A stretch of 64,000 nucleotides of DNA, taken from Malacoraja senta (Eukaryota). The notes beneath the pieces were generated by a model. The model ran no database searches. It saw only the letters and a list, made by a program, of their open reading frames with translations, and was not told where the DNA came from. Position 1 is the stretch's first letter. Each line of letters begins with the position of its first letter. The translations under genes were made by a program, and so were the position numbers. Shown piece after piece: positions 40,075 to 51,849 of this stretch. Location: NCBI GenBank assembly GCA_038087875.1, contig CM076001.1:622001-686000 (forward strand). Reading direction: 5' to 3'.

Positions 40075-42857
40075 ATTAACATGACGTATATGAACACGGG
40101 CCATTGTAGGGTTTGCAACAACTGCAGAGGTATCTTGCTTCTGAGTGTTACGGGAAAGGCCTTTGCCAGAGTGATCCTGCAAAGACAACACAGACTCACT
40201 GACCAGATTTACTCTGAGGCACAATGTGGTTTCCCTGGAGGTAGATCCACAGAGATCCTGCGTCAAATCTAAGAAAAATACAGAGCAGCTAATCCCATTA
40301 TACAGCACATTTGTGGATCATACAAAAGCTTCCGATTCTGACAGCAGACACGGCCTCTACAAGGTACTGGAGAAGATTGGATGTCCATCACGTCTTCTAA
40401 ACCTCATTCAGCCCCTCCATGCGAATATGCACGATACCGTGCAGTTTGATGGCTCTACATCGGACAGTTTCCCTGCAGGGAGAGGTTGAGCGGGCTGGGA
40501 CTATATTCCTTGGAGTACATCGGAAGTGGAGTGAAGCGAGGCTGCGTCCCAGCTCCCACTCTGTTTGCATCTTCCTATCTGCCCTTCGGTCCTTTGCCTT
40601 CCCAACTGACAGAGAAGGAGTGTATCTTCACAACAGAAGTGACAGGAAGCTTGGACGACTTACCTACATCAAGAACCGAAATGGAATAATTTTCATTTCT
40701 GCTGTCTTTGTTGCTTCCTGTGAGTTACTTGTCAGGACAAAAAAAAAATACCAGTGAATCTGTCCTCTCCCTGACCACAAAGAGAGAGTCAGAGTTTTCA
40801 AGAGAGAGTATGAATTTTCAAGAGGGAGTTTTCAAGAGAGATTTAGCTCTTGGGGCTACGGGAATCAAGGGATATGGGGAAAAAGCCGGCACGGGGTACT
40901 GATTTTGGATGATCAGCCATGGTCATATTGAATGGCGGTGCTGGCTCGAAGGGCCGAATGGCCTACTCCTGCACCCATTTTCTATGTTTTCAATGTTTCT
41001 AGTATCCCTGTGATCCTCAGGCTGAAGCGTACCTGCTGGCTTGGACATGGACACAGGATGGAAATTGGACGTGCCCCCAAAGATGTGTTATACGGGGAGG
41101 TTGCCAATGCACGGAGGCCAAGAGGAAGACCAAAGCTTAGCTACAAGGATACAATTAAAAGAGGTGTGACAAATTTTAACAATGGCACAGACTACTAGGA
41201 AGTGGCTGCTGAGGACAGGGCAAGGTGGGGGAAGAACCTCCAGGCGGGTATGAAACACAACAGCATGTGGTTCAAGACCCTGGCGGCCAGGTGCCAAAAC
41301 CACAAAATGGTCAATGGCAATTTTGGATGAGAACATACACGTCATGATTAGCAAGTTTGCAGATGATATGAAAGTGGGTGGTTTTACAGATTGTGAAGTT
41401 GGTTGTGAAAAATTGCAGCAAGATCTTGATCGATTGGCCAGGTGGGCTGAGAAATGGTTGATGGAATTTAATGCAGAAAAATGTGAGATGTGGCAGTTTG
41501 GAAAGTCGAATATGGGCATGGTGAATGATAGGGGTCTGGCGACTTTTGTTGAGCAGAGGGATCTAGGAGTGCAGGTGCATGGTTCCTTGAAGATGGAGTC
41601 ACACGCAGGTGGTCAAAAAGGCTTTTGGCACATTAGCCAGTACAGTTCTGGGCACCATGTTATAGGAAAGATATTGTCAAGCTGGAAAGGGTAAAGAAAA
41701 GATTTACAAGGATGTTGCCAGGGCTAGAGAGTCTGAGCTATAGGGAGAGGTTGAGTAGGCTGGGACTACATTCCTTGGAGTGCAGGAGGATAATAGGTGG
41801 TCTTATTGAGGTGTATACAATCGTGAGAGGAATAGATGGGTGGAAGAATGGTTGATGTAATATTATACAGAAAAATGTGAGGTGTTGCATTTTCAGACGT
41901 TGAATAAGGGCAGGACCTACACAGTAAATGGTAGGCCTCTGGGGAGTGTTGTGGAGCAGAGCGATCTAGGAGTACAGGTGCATGGTTCCTTAAACATCGA
42001 GTCGCAGGTAGATAAGGTGGCCAAAAAGGCTTTTGGCACATTGGCCTTCATCAGTCAGTGTATTGAGTATAGAAGTTGGGAGGTCATGTTGCTGTTGGTG
42101 AGAACGCATTTAGAATATTGTGTTCAGTTCTATGCACCATGTTATAGGAGAGATATTGTCAAGCTTGGGAGGCTTCAGAAAATATTTACGAGGATGTTGC
42201 CAGGACTAGAGGGTGTGAGTTAAAGGGAAAGGTTGAGTAGGCTGGGTCTTTATTACATGGAGTGCAGGAGGATGAGGGGAGATTTTATAGAGGTATACAA
42301 AATCATGAGAGGAATAGATCAGGTATATCCAGAAAGTCTTTTGCCCAGAGTAGGGGAAACAAGGACCAGAGGACACAGGTTCAAGGAGAAGGGGAAAAGA
42401 TTTAATAGGAATTCGAGGGGTAACTTTCTCACACAGAGGGTGATGGGTGTATGGAACAAGCTGCCAGAGGAGGTACTTGAGGCTGGGACTATCCCATCAT
42501 TTAAGAACCAGTTAGACAAGTATATGGATAAGACCGGTTTGGAAGGATATGGACCAAGCGCAGGCAAGTGGGACTAGTGTAGCTGGGACATTGTTGGTCG
42601 ATGTGGGCAAGTTGGGCTGAAGGGCCTGTTTCCACACTGTATCACTCTATGATTCTATGGCAACAGCAACACATTCCCCAATGCACCATCCAGAGACAAC
42701 TTCACCTGTGGGAGCTGTAGGAGAGTGTGCCTGTCAAGGATATGCCTAGTCAGCCACTGCAGGAAATGCGACCACAGATACAACATTCCCCTCTCCAAAC
42801 AGGACAATGCCAAAGCCACACCATCATCTCTCGCAGATGCAAGGATGTCAACCAACC
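40075..42857 (+). mobile_element. Old RTE-clade LINE fragmented by CR1 insertions (pieces about 40075-40680, 41000-41300, 42657-42857)
   Basis: NNCRGILLLSVTGKAFARVIL, EAQCGF, GVKRGCVPAPTLF, RPRGRPKLSYKD and terminal FTCGSCRRVCLSRICLVSH zinc finger. Confidence 0.8.
41305..42655 (+). mobile_element. Two tandem CR1 fragments
   Basis: SKFADDMKVGG, LVRTHLEYCVQF, WNKLPEEV; 3' UTR shared with HE1 SINE tail. Confidence 0.88.
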
Positions 42858-43646
42858 ATAATTGATTTGTATCGTGTGTTTTGGTTGATACATTAGTATG
42901 CCAAACATTGTCATTTGTCAAGAGCTGTTCCCTTTAATGTAAGATTCTCTGTTTAAATCCTTGAAGAAGGCAACCGCCAATAAAGATGAGAGTCTCTGTA
43001 CATCCTGGAGGCAGGAAAGCAAATTTACAGTAGACTTGCTGGTACACTGCACACAGGGCAGTCAGAAGATGAGGAGGTGGAAATGGAAATGTTTAATGGT
43101 ATCTGCTGTGGACCTCAGGTGACCCACAATAATACTTTGTGTAGACCATCAATGCACAAGTGTCAATAGAAGCTATAGTTGTCAATTTCAATGGTCACCC
43201 GTGGTGAAACTGAGACCTCAATCTTAAGAGACAATGGTATTTGATTACTGTGGGGAGGTTACATGGAAAGATTGTTCTTTTTTCCAAGACAGCTTATTTT
43301 CTTGCTCATCAGTTTCCAGAGTAACTTTTAACCACAGATAAGTGCTATACGTTGCATTTTGTGAAGTTAAACCAGGGCAGGACCTTCACAGAAATTGGCA
43401 GAACAATAAAACAGAAAGACCGAGTAGTGCAGATACATAGTTCTCTGAAATTAAGATCATAGGTGAATAGGGTGGTCAAAATGCTCTCGGTACATTAGCC
43501 TTCATTAGTCATGGTACTGTGTGTGGAAATTGCGATATTGTGCTATAGTTGTACAAGACATTGGTGAAGTCACATCTGGAGTTCAGGTATTCAAGTTTGG
43601 TCACACTGCTATAGGAAAGACATTGTTAGGTTGGAAAGAGTACAAG

Positions 43647-44761
43647 ATGATTTTGTTTGTTGATTTTAGCTCTGCATTCAACACCAATGTGCCAGAGCTA
43701 CTACACTCCAAACATTCCAAGTTGACTATGCCTGAACCCCTCTGCCGGTGGATCACCAACTTCCTGACAGACAGGAAGCAGCATGTGAGGCTGGGAAAGC
43801 ACATCTCGGACCCACAAACATTCAGCATTGGAGCACCGCAAGGCTGCGTACTCTCCCCTCTCCTCTACTCTCTCTACACCAATAACTGCACCTCCAGTGA
43901 CTCCTCTGTCAAGCTTCTCAAGTTTGTGGATGACACAACCCTGATTGGACTGATCCAGGATGGGGAGGAATCTGCCTACAAACAGGAAGTGACACAGCTG
44001 GCGTCCTGGTGCCATCGCAACAACCTGGAGCTCAATGCTCTTAAGACAGTGGAATTGATTGTAGACTTTAGGAGAGCTCACCCTACCCTCACCACACTCA
44101 CCATCAACAACACCACAGTCACATCTGTGGAGTCTTTTTAAGTTCCTTGGAACCATCATCTCCAAGGATGAGGGGCCACCATCGACTCCACAGTCAAAAA
44201 GGCACAACAGAGGATGTACTTCCTGCGGCAGCTGAGAAAGCACAACCTGCCACAGGCAATGATGGTCCAATTCTATAAGGTCACTATAGAGACTGTCCTC
44301 ACCTTCTCCATCATGGTCTTGTTTGGCTCAGCCACCAAGCATACATCCGGAGGCTGCAGCGCATCGTTCGATCAGGTCAGAAAGTTATTGGCTGCAACCT
44401 TCCCTTCGTTGATGAACTGTGCACTGCAAGGGCCAGGAAGCGAGCGGGTAAGACCCCTCTCACCCTGGTCACAAACTCTTTGAAACACTTCCCTCTGGAA
44501 GGCGACTCCAGACTGTCAAAGCTGCCACAGCCAGACTTTAAAAGTAGCAGCTCTACTCAATAACCAAAAGTCTGTAGACTCCTTTTGCTCTGGTATTTTA
44601 TTTAATTCACATGTTTATTCAATAATGTTTTATTATTAATGTTTTATGTGTCATTTTTAACCGTCACTGTATGTCATGTTTTAACTTGCGGGCAGATCGG
44701 CCATTAAACCTATTCATTCATTCATTCATTCATTCATTCATTCATTCATTCATTCATTCAT
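43647..44761 (+). mobile_element. 5'-truncated Rex1/Babar LINE, second subfamily, (TTCA)n tail
   Basis: [40 protein letters not shown]. Confidence 0.9.
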
Positions 44762-45403
44762 AGAAGATTTATGAGGACCAAGACCTGAGGGCCTGAGCTT
44801 TAGTGAGTGGTTGGGCAGGTTAGGACTTTTTTCCTTGGAGCACAGCAGGATGATGGGTGAGCTTATAGAGGTGTATTAGATCATGAGGGGAATAGATCGG
44901 GTGGATGCACAGAGTTGGGGAATCAAGAACCAGAGGACATAGGTTTATGGTGAAGGAAAAGATTTAATAGCAATTTTTTCACCCAGAGGGTGGTGTGTAT
45001 ATGGAATGAGCTACCAGAGGAGGTAGTTGAAGCAGGTTCTATAACAATATTTAGCTTAGTTTAGTTTAGAGATACAGCACGGAACAGGCCCTTCGGCCCA
45101 CCGAGTCTGGACCGAACAGCGATCCCCACACATTAACACAATCCTACACACTCGAGGAACAATTTACATTTATACCACACCAATTAATCTACAAACCTGT
45201 ACGCCTTTGGAATGTGAGAGGAAACTGAAGATCTCGGAGTAAACCCCCGCAGGTCACGGGGAGAACGTACAATCTCCGTATAGACAGCACCCGTAGTCAG
45301 GATCGAACCTGGGTCTCTGGCTCTGTAAGGGAGCAACTTTACTGCTGTGCCACTGTGCCACCCATTTTGATAGGTACATGGATAGGAAAGGTTTAGAGGA
45401 CTA

Positions 45404-46210
45404 CTAGACCAAGTGCAGACCCATTGGGTCTGCTCCCCCAACGCACCCGTTCCCTACCCGTGGCCCCCACGGGAAGCCTTGTCCGCCAACTCAAGCCGTT
45501 CCCGAATGTAAGATTCCAACACTCCCTTGCCTCCCTCAGCAGTGGGCTTTAAAAAGAAATCCAATTGCACTTCCCCTGTGTGTTGCAATAGCAATTCGTC
45601 CTCGGCCTCCTGTGAGGTGACAAGTTCAGTGTTCCTGTGTTGCAACATTGTATTGAAGTGTGTTGGAAGCTGGCAGGAATTATTTTAATGATTTTTATGA
45701 AAAATAAGAATCAGAATATGTCTGCTCCCCCAATGGTGTGGTCTCCCAACACAATATTCCACCACTCAGCCGTTCCCCAACGCAACTTAACCCATTCCCG
45801 AATGTAAGATTCCAGCACTCTGAAGCCTACCTCAGCAATGGAAAATTCCAATTGCACTTCCCCTGTCTGCCGCATCAGAATAACTTGTCAAATATAGGAT
45901 GAAATCTTCAGTGAAGCTGATCACTTCTAGCCGAGCCATTGTGACATCATCAGTTGAAGCTGGTCATTTTAAATTCAAAGTCTTATGGTTTGTTTAAACT
46001 TTAATCAGCAATGTCGAGAATAAGTAGAGAAATAAAGCATAAAATGTTCAGTGAAGGTGTTCTCTGCCTAGAGGGGAAACATGATCAATCAGAATATGTA
46101 AAAATATAATCGTATCCGCATAGTGTTTTTGCGAAGATGTAAAGACAACCACATATACACACACATATACACACACTTACAAGATCAGAGTTTTAGTAAG
46201 TATATGATGA
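45404..46210 (-). mobile_element. Non-autonomous Helitron
   Basis: Minus strand starts TC, ends CTAG with hairpin GCAGACCC-AAT-GGGTCTGC just upstream; inserted between A and T of CR1 with no TSD. Confidence 0.9.
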
Positions 46211-47189
46211 TGGGCTAAACACAGGTAGGTGGGACTAGCGTAAATGGGGCATTTTGATTGGCATGGGCAAGTTGGGCCGAAGGGCCTGTGTGAGTGTTGC
46301 ATAGTGCTATGACTCCACCTGATCGGTATTGTAAATTTTGGTTGAGGAGAGAGCCAGGCAGTTAAATGTGAGACCGTCTTGGGAGGAAGTAGAACAGTGG
46401 TTTGTTAAAAGAATGCATGTGCTACATACTAAGAAAACCAAAAGAAGGTTGTTTGGCATAGAACCAAAGGATGTGGTGTAGAGCATGGCAGTAGATGGGA
46501 GCAAGATGTCTCCAGATGTGGATGTGCAGTGAAAATGGACCAAATTAACAAAGGGCAGAATTTGAGCTCTCTGGAACATACTGAAGGCATTACACTTTGG
46601 GATGGTAGACAGCAATACTGCATATGTGTATAGTTCATGATTGATCATCAAGTGAACCAGATTTCTGTCATGATTGAAGCAAGGTAATTGAACAAAAGGA
46701 TATTGATTATAGAATTGCCTGCGGAGGTAGCCATGAGGATGAGAAGTAGATCTACAAAGCCACGTAACAGGATTGTCAGATAATTATACCAGTGTGAGGT
46801 ATCCCTGAGGAAGTCATTACAGTCCAGCATCAGTTAAAGCCAGTCTATTGCCAAGGGCTAGAGACTGGGTAATTGCCATCCATATTAGTATTTAAGAATG
46901 TGAGAATGACTTTCCTTTCAGTCTCATTACTTCTCCACAATAAAAAGGCTCCAATGTTTTTAACTGGATACTTTCTTGTGTGGGATGCACTCATGTGATT
47001 GGTGTAGTTATCATTTTTGGAGTATGTTGTGACTTTGATTGTGTCCTACAGAAATGAAAGGTCTTTATTCAGGACAATTTCCATACTCATTATACTCCCG
47101 AAACTGAATTGTTACTGTAGGTGATGATGGAGACAGAAGATACTGCAGATACTAAAATCTGGTGCAAGAAACAAGCTACAGGGAGAATT

Positions 47190-48232
47190 CTGTAAGAAGG
47201 AACTGCAGATGCTGGTTTAAACCGATGGTAAACAGAAAAAGCTGGAGTAACTCAGCGGGACAGGCAGCATCTCTGGAGAGAAGGAATGGGTGATGTTTCG
47301 GGTTGAGACCCTTCTTGAGACTGGTTAGGGGTAAGGGCTACCTGAAGTGAGAGAAATCAATATTCATACCACTGGGCTGTAAGCTGCCCAAGCGAAATAT
47401 GAGATGTTGTTCCTCCAATTTGCGTTTAACCTCACTCTGACAATGGAGGAGACCTAGGAACGAAAGGTCTGTGGAGGAATGGGAAGGAGAATTAAAGTGT
47501 CCAGCAACCAGGAGATCAGGTAGGTTCAGGCGGTCTGAGCAAAGGTGTTCCACGAAACGATCGCCCAGTCTGCGTTTGGTCTTGCCAATGTATAAGGGTC
47601 CACATCTTGAACAATGGATACAGTAGATGAGGTTGAAGGAGGTGCAAGTGAACCTCTGCCTAACCAGAAAGGACTGTCGGGGTCCCTGGACAGAGTCGAG
47701 GCAGTAGGTACAGCGATAGGTGTTGCATCTTCTGCGGTTGCAGGGGAAAGTACCAGGGGAGGGGATGGTTTGAGTGGGAAGGGATGAGTTAACCAGGGAT
47801 TTGCGGAGTGAACGGTTTCTGCAGAAGGCGGAAAGGGGTGGAGATGGGAAAATGTGACTAGTGGTAGGATCCTGTTGGGGGTGGCAGAAATTTCGGAGGA
47901 TTTTGTGTTGTATGCGATGGCTGATGGCGTGAAAGGTAAGGACTAGGGGGAGGGGGAGCAAGGGTGGAGCTGCAGGGTATGGAGGAGACACGAGGGAGGG
48001 CATCATCTATGATGGGAGAGGGAAGAGGGGAATCCCAGTTCCCAAAAGAATGAGGACATTGTTACAGCTAACAATGGCCCGTTTCCTTAATCGTTACTTT
48101 ATCTCTCCACATCGTCTATATCTCTTGTTTCCCTTAACCCTAACCTGTCTGAAGAAGGGTCTCGACCCGAAATGTCACCCATTCCTTCTCTCCAGAGATG
48201 CTGAGTTACTCCAGCTTTTTGTGTCTATCTAC
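47190..48232 (-). mobile_element. Penelope-like element 3' part with inverted terminal repeats
   Basis: ORF 47338-48006: Cys-rich linker then GIY-YIG endonuclease (LIYCIHCSRCGPLYIGKT...R..EH...E...GMN); repeats at 47193-47336 and 48131-48230 face each other. Confidence 0.9.
48147..48178 (+). ncRNA. Minimal hammerhead ribozyme motif in Penelope-like repeat
   Basis: CTGAAGA, stem II GGGT-CTCG-ACCC, GAAA, then GTC cleavage triplet. Confidence 0.65.
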
Positions 48233-48359
48233 AGGAAGAATTCAATAGGACCAAATGTCACTACAGTTAAAATGACAAAGTTTACTTAACCATGTTGGGT
48301 GCAGACATGTGAATCTGTAGAATTACATATTTACAATGGCAACACATCTCAACAGACAA

Positions 48360-48401
48360 GACAGGTCTGATGAAGGGTCTCAACCCGAAATGCCACCTGT
48401 C
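48360..48401 (+). ncRNA. Degenerate hammerhead ribozyme motif
   Basis: GACAGGT-CTGATGA-AGGGT CTCA ACCC-GAAA-TGCC-ACCTGTC; cleavage triplet mutated to GCC. Confidence 0.45.
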
Positions 48402-49235
48402 CTGCTGAGTTACTCCAGCATTTGGTGTCTATCTTTTGAATATTCAAATACTTCTTTTGGAAACCAGACACATAAAATGGCAGCCTTTTCCCACTGCCTT
48501 GAGAGAAGGCCCTGTTTATTCATGCAGCTATCCTTGTCCTAGATGGAAAACTTGTTCTTGTTTTTATTAACAGACTTCCACAACTCCTCGAGGATGCCCC
48601 ACACCTAAAAACGCCTTGTAAGTCTGTCTTATCCTGGGAGCACCTGTGGTTGCTCAATGTCAGAACAGCCAAGTTTAATTTCCCCTACTCTGGATCACTC
48701 ATAAAAGTCATGTTACCTACCTGCTCTTCATCCAATCTACTGCCATTGAATCAGCAGCCTCCCTTCCATCCACCAGTCTCAGATTGCCATATTCCTGACC
48801 CTCTGATTACTGAACCATTCTGATCAATCTTAGCCTTGACTAACTACCACGACCTGTCCATAGCCAGGACTCCTGAATCCCTGCACCCCAGGAACAATGC
48901 TCTTTGAGTGGTTGATGTAACACACATATGATAATGCATCCTGCATCCCAACACCAAGCCACTTTTCTGCAATTGAATTCATGACTAATTTAACCTCATT
49001 TAGGTCATATCCTTAGATTTAAAGGATGTTCCCTTCGAAAGGAGGTGAGGAGGAATTTCTTTAGTCATAGGGTGGTGAATCTGTGGAATTCATTACTACA
49101 GAAGGCTGTGGAGACTGTCAATGGATATTTGTAAGGCAGAGATAGATAGATTCTTGATGAGTATGGGGAGAAGGCAGGAGGATGGGGTTAGGATGGAGAG
49201 ATAGATCAGGCATGGTTGAATGGTGGAATAAACTT

Positions 49236-49882
49236 AATCAATCAATCAATCAATCAATCAAAGACTTTATTGTCATTCAAAAATACACCAACAAATGCAA
49301 GTCTGAACGAAATTTCGTTGCATCTGGCTCACCGTGCAACATCAAATAACAAAAGGATGAAATAGATAAGAAGATAAAATAGATACTAGTGGCGGCACAT
49401 TATATGGAATTCAAGAGTCTGATGGTTCGGGGGAAGAAGCTGTTGTAAAACCTGGCCGTTCTGCTCCTTATACTGCGATACCTTTTGCCCGAGGGCAGCA
49501 GAGTGAACAGTCCATGATGGAGATGTGTGGGGCCTTTTATAATGCTGTTGGCCTTGGACAAGCAACGTTTGCACGCAATGTCCCGGATTGAAGGAAGAGA
49601 TGTCCCGATGATTTTTTCAGCTGTCCTCACCACTCTCTGCACGGACTTCCAGTCAGAGGCTTTGCAGTCCCCAAACCAGACAGAGATGCAGCTGGTCAAA
49701 ATACTCTCTATGGTGCCCCTGTAGGTGAGGACGGGATGGGGGAGGTGATCTCTTTTCATCCGGCGCAGAAAGTGCAACCGCTGCTGCGCTCTCTTAACTA
49801 GTGATGCAATGTTTTGTGACCAGGTCAGACTGTTCGTGACCTGCACCCCCAGGAACTTAGTGCTACTGACCAACTCCACATC
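49236..49882 (-). mobile_element. Rex1/Babar 3' fragment, third subfamily, (TTGA)n tail, nested in a CR1 3' UTR
   Basis: ORF 49400-49879 (KRAQQRLHFLRRM, LLPSGKRYRS, NSFFP). Confidence 0.88.
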
Positions 49883-50087
49883 GATCGGCTAAATGGCCTA
49901 ATTCTGCTCCTATCACATGAATTTATGACCATAAACCTATAGTCCTGTTTTTAAAAAATCATTATGGCAACCAATACAACGGTTAGGATAAAATGTTTGG
50001 AGATTTTTCCCCATAAGTTGCCTAAATACCTAATTAAACTTTGCATTTCAGTTAGGTTCGAAATATTAGTTAGTATTAACATTCAAC

Positions 50088-50647
50088 TCAAAGTTAGTTT
50101 CTTAAAAAGCAGATAGCACAAAAACTGTTAAAGGTAAACTGTGGCAATCTTTAATTGATTCGTCAGACGGGAGTGGCGAGATAACAATGAGCACAAATGT
50201 TGCTCAGTGCTCCTCAGGCTCCCACTCTCAGAACAAAGGACAGTTAGCACAATTATACATTTTTCTTATCAGTAAAACACTCCTACCAAATCTGAATATG
50301 GCATGACTGAATGATTCTGCAACCTTTCAGAATATAAGAAAAGCTGGGTCCAAATCAAGCTCATTCAATAACAAGTTATTACTTATCTCTGGAGCGTCAG
50401 CTATTTTTTTAAATCTTGGCTTCTTTATGGTCAGTAGCACTTGAAAGAAGCACATGTTATTACTGCAGGCTGCCATCTTAATGTCTTTATTGGAAAGACA
50501 ACCTGTCCTCAATATTGTGTTCTATATAATTTACAATGTCATTCAGAAATGGCACCGAGCCATTCTTTTGTTCTACTAGTCCATGATTTTGTAGAAGAAG
50601 GACTCCATTTTAGATTTGACTATTAGATTTGACTATTAGCTCTTTCA
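50088..50647 (-). repeat. ERV 3' LTR
   Basis: Direct repeat of 60109-60631; begins TGAAAG on minus right after the PPT. Confidence 0.88.
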
Positions 50648-50660
50648 TTCCCTCCTTTTT
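50648..50660 (-). promoter_or_regulatory. Polypurine tract
   Basis: AAAAAGGAGGGAA abutting the 3' LTR. Confidence 0.8.
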
Positions 50661-50853
50661 ATCAAACGCGATAACATTCACAGTCCTCGGTAGGTACACA
50701 CAATGGTCGCAAGTATTAGAGCAATGATTAGCTGAATGATAGAGCCATAATGTATCACAGTACCCCCAAAGTCCACCAAACCAAAGGTACGGCTACCAGT
50801 TCAATAGTACCTCAAAGTCCATCAAACCAATGGTATGGCAACCAGTTCTCCCT

Positions 50854-51849
50854 CTCTTCATTGACAACCATCCTGATGAAGCTTGTTTATGGTCAATGGA
50901 TCAGGTGCCACCTGTAGGTGGTGTAATCCTTTCAGCCGATATTGGGATTGTGCCATAAAGTTCGCACCTCTCTGAGGGTGTTGCCAGTCTCTTCGTAGAT
51001 CGTTGCACAGGTGAGGTGCACCCCCCCCCCCCCCTCTCGTCCTGTGGTGGGGTTCATCACCTTGACCTAGAAGCTAGTGTATCCATGGCTTTGGCCAGCA
51101 TCTCCTCCCAGTAGGTTTGGGTAGCCTGCTTCCACATCACCACGTAAAAGTGGCTGCTGGACTGGAAGCCAAAGACAAAGCCACCGTAGATTGTGGACTG
51201 TGTTAATGTATAAGGTCCCACTAAAGTTGATGGCATTGAACTCCTCAAATCCGTCATCAAGGCCGGAGTCAGAGTTTGCGGTCTGCAGTCACTCCCTGCC
51301 CTTGTGGCGCACTCCGTGCCCTTGTGGCCCACTCCCTGCCCTTGTGGCCCACTCCCTGCCCTTGTGGCCCACTCCCTGCCCTTGTGGCCCACTCCCTGCC
51401 CTTGTGGCCCACTCCCTGCCCTTGTGGCCCACTCCCTGCCCTTGTGGCCCACTCCCTGCCCTTGTGGCCCACTCCCTGCCCTTGTGGCCCACTCCCTGCC
51501 CTTGTGGCCCACTCCCTGCCCTTGTGGCCCACTCCCTGCCCTTGTGGCCCACTCCCTGCCCTTGTGGCCCACTCCCTGCCCTTGTGGCCCACTACCTGCC
51601 CTTGTGGCGCACTACCTGCCCTTGTGGCCCACTACCCAGTTAGTGGGTGATCTGCATCGTCCCTTTTGGAACTTCCTCAGGTCGGTCTAACTGATGGCGC
51701 TGTTCTCAGGGCACATGTCATAGATATCTGGGATGGTGTTGTCAATGTCATCCTTGCAGGTGTCTCCTCTGCTGTTACCATCGCATCGATCCGGTCAGGG
51801 TTGGGAACAAAACGGCAATTGTCCTCCTCATCAGAAACTCCATCATTGC
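50854..51849 (-). pseudogene. THBS2: Processed thrombospondin (subgroup A, THBS2-like) fragment: last type 3 repeats and C-terminal domain
   Basis: [86 protein letters not shown]; no introns; THBS1 not excluded. Confidence 0.85.
51290..51629 (+). repeat. 20-bp minisatellite, 17 copies (CACTCCCTGCCCTTGTGGCC)
   Basis: Direct inspection; unit is thrombospondin coding sequence on minus. Confidence 0.97.

Larger units (their letters stand above)
43345..46316 (+). mobile_element. CR1 3' fragment hosting nested Rex1, HE1 SINE (45054-45360, minus) and Helitron
   Basis: CR1 pieces at 43345-43645, 44762-45050, 45365-45403, 46211-46316 are collinear. Confidence 0.75.

Noticed and set aside
51057..51690. 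Repetitive ORFs ([12 protein letters not shown]...) and CRISPR-like periodicity
   Set aside because: Translations of a 20-bp tandem repeat with no spacers
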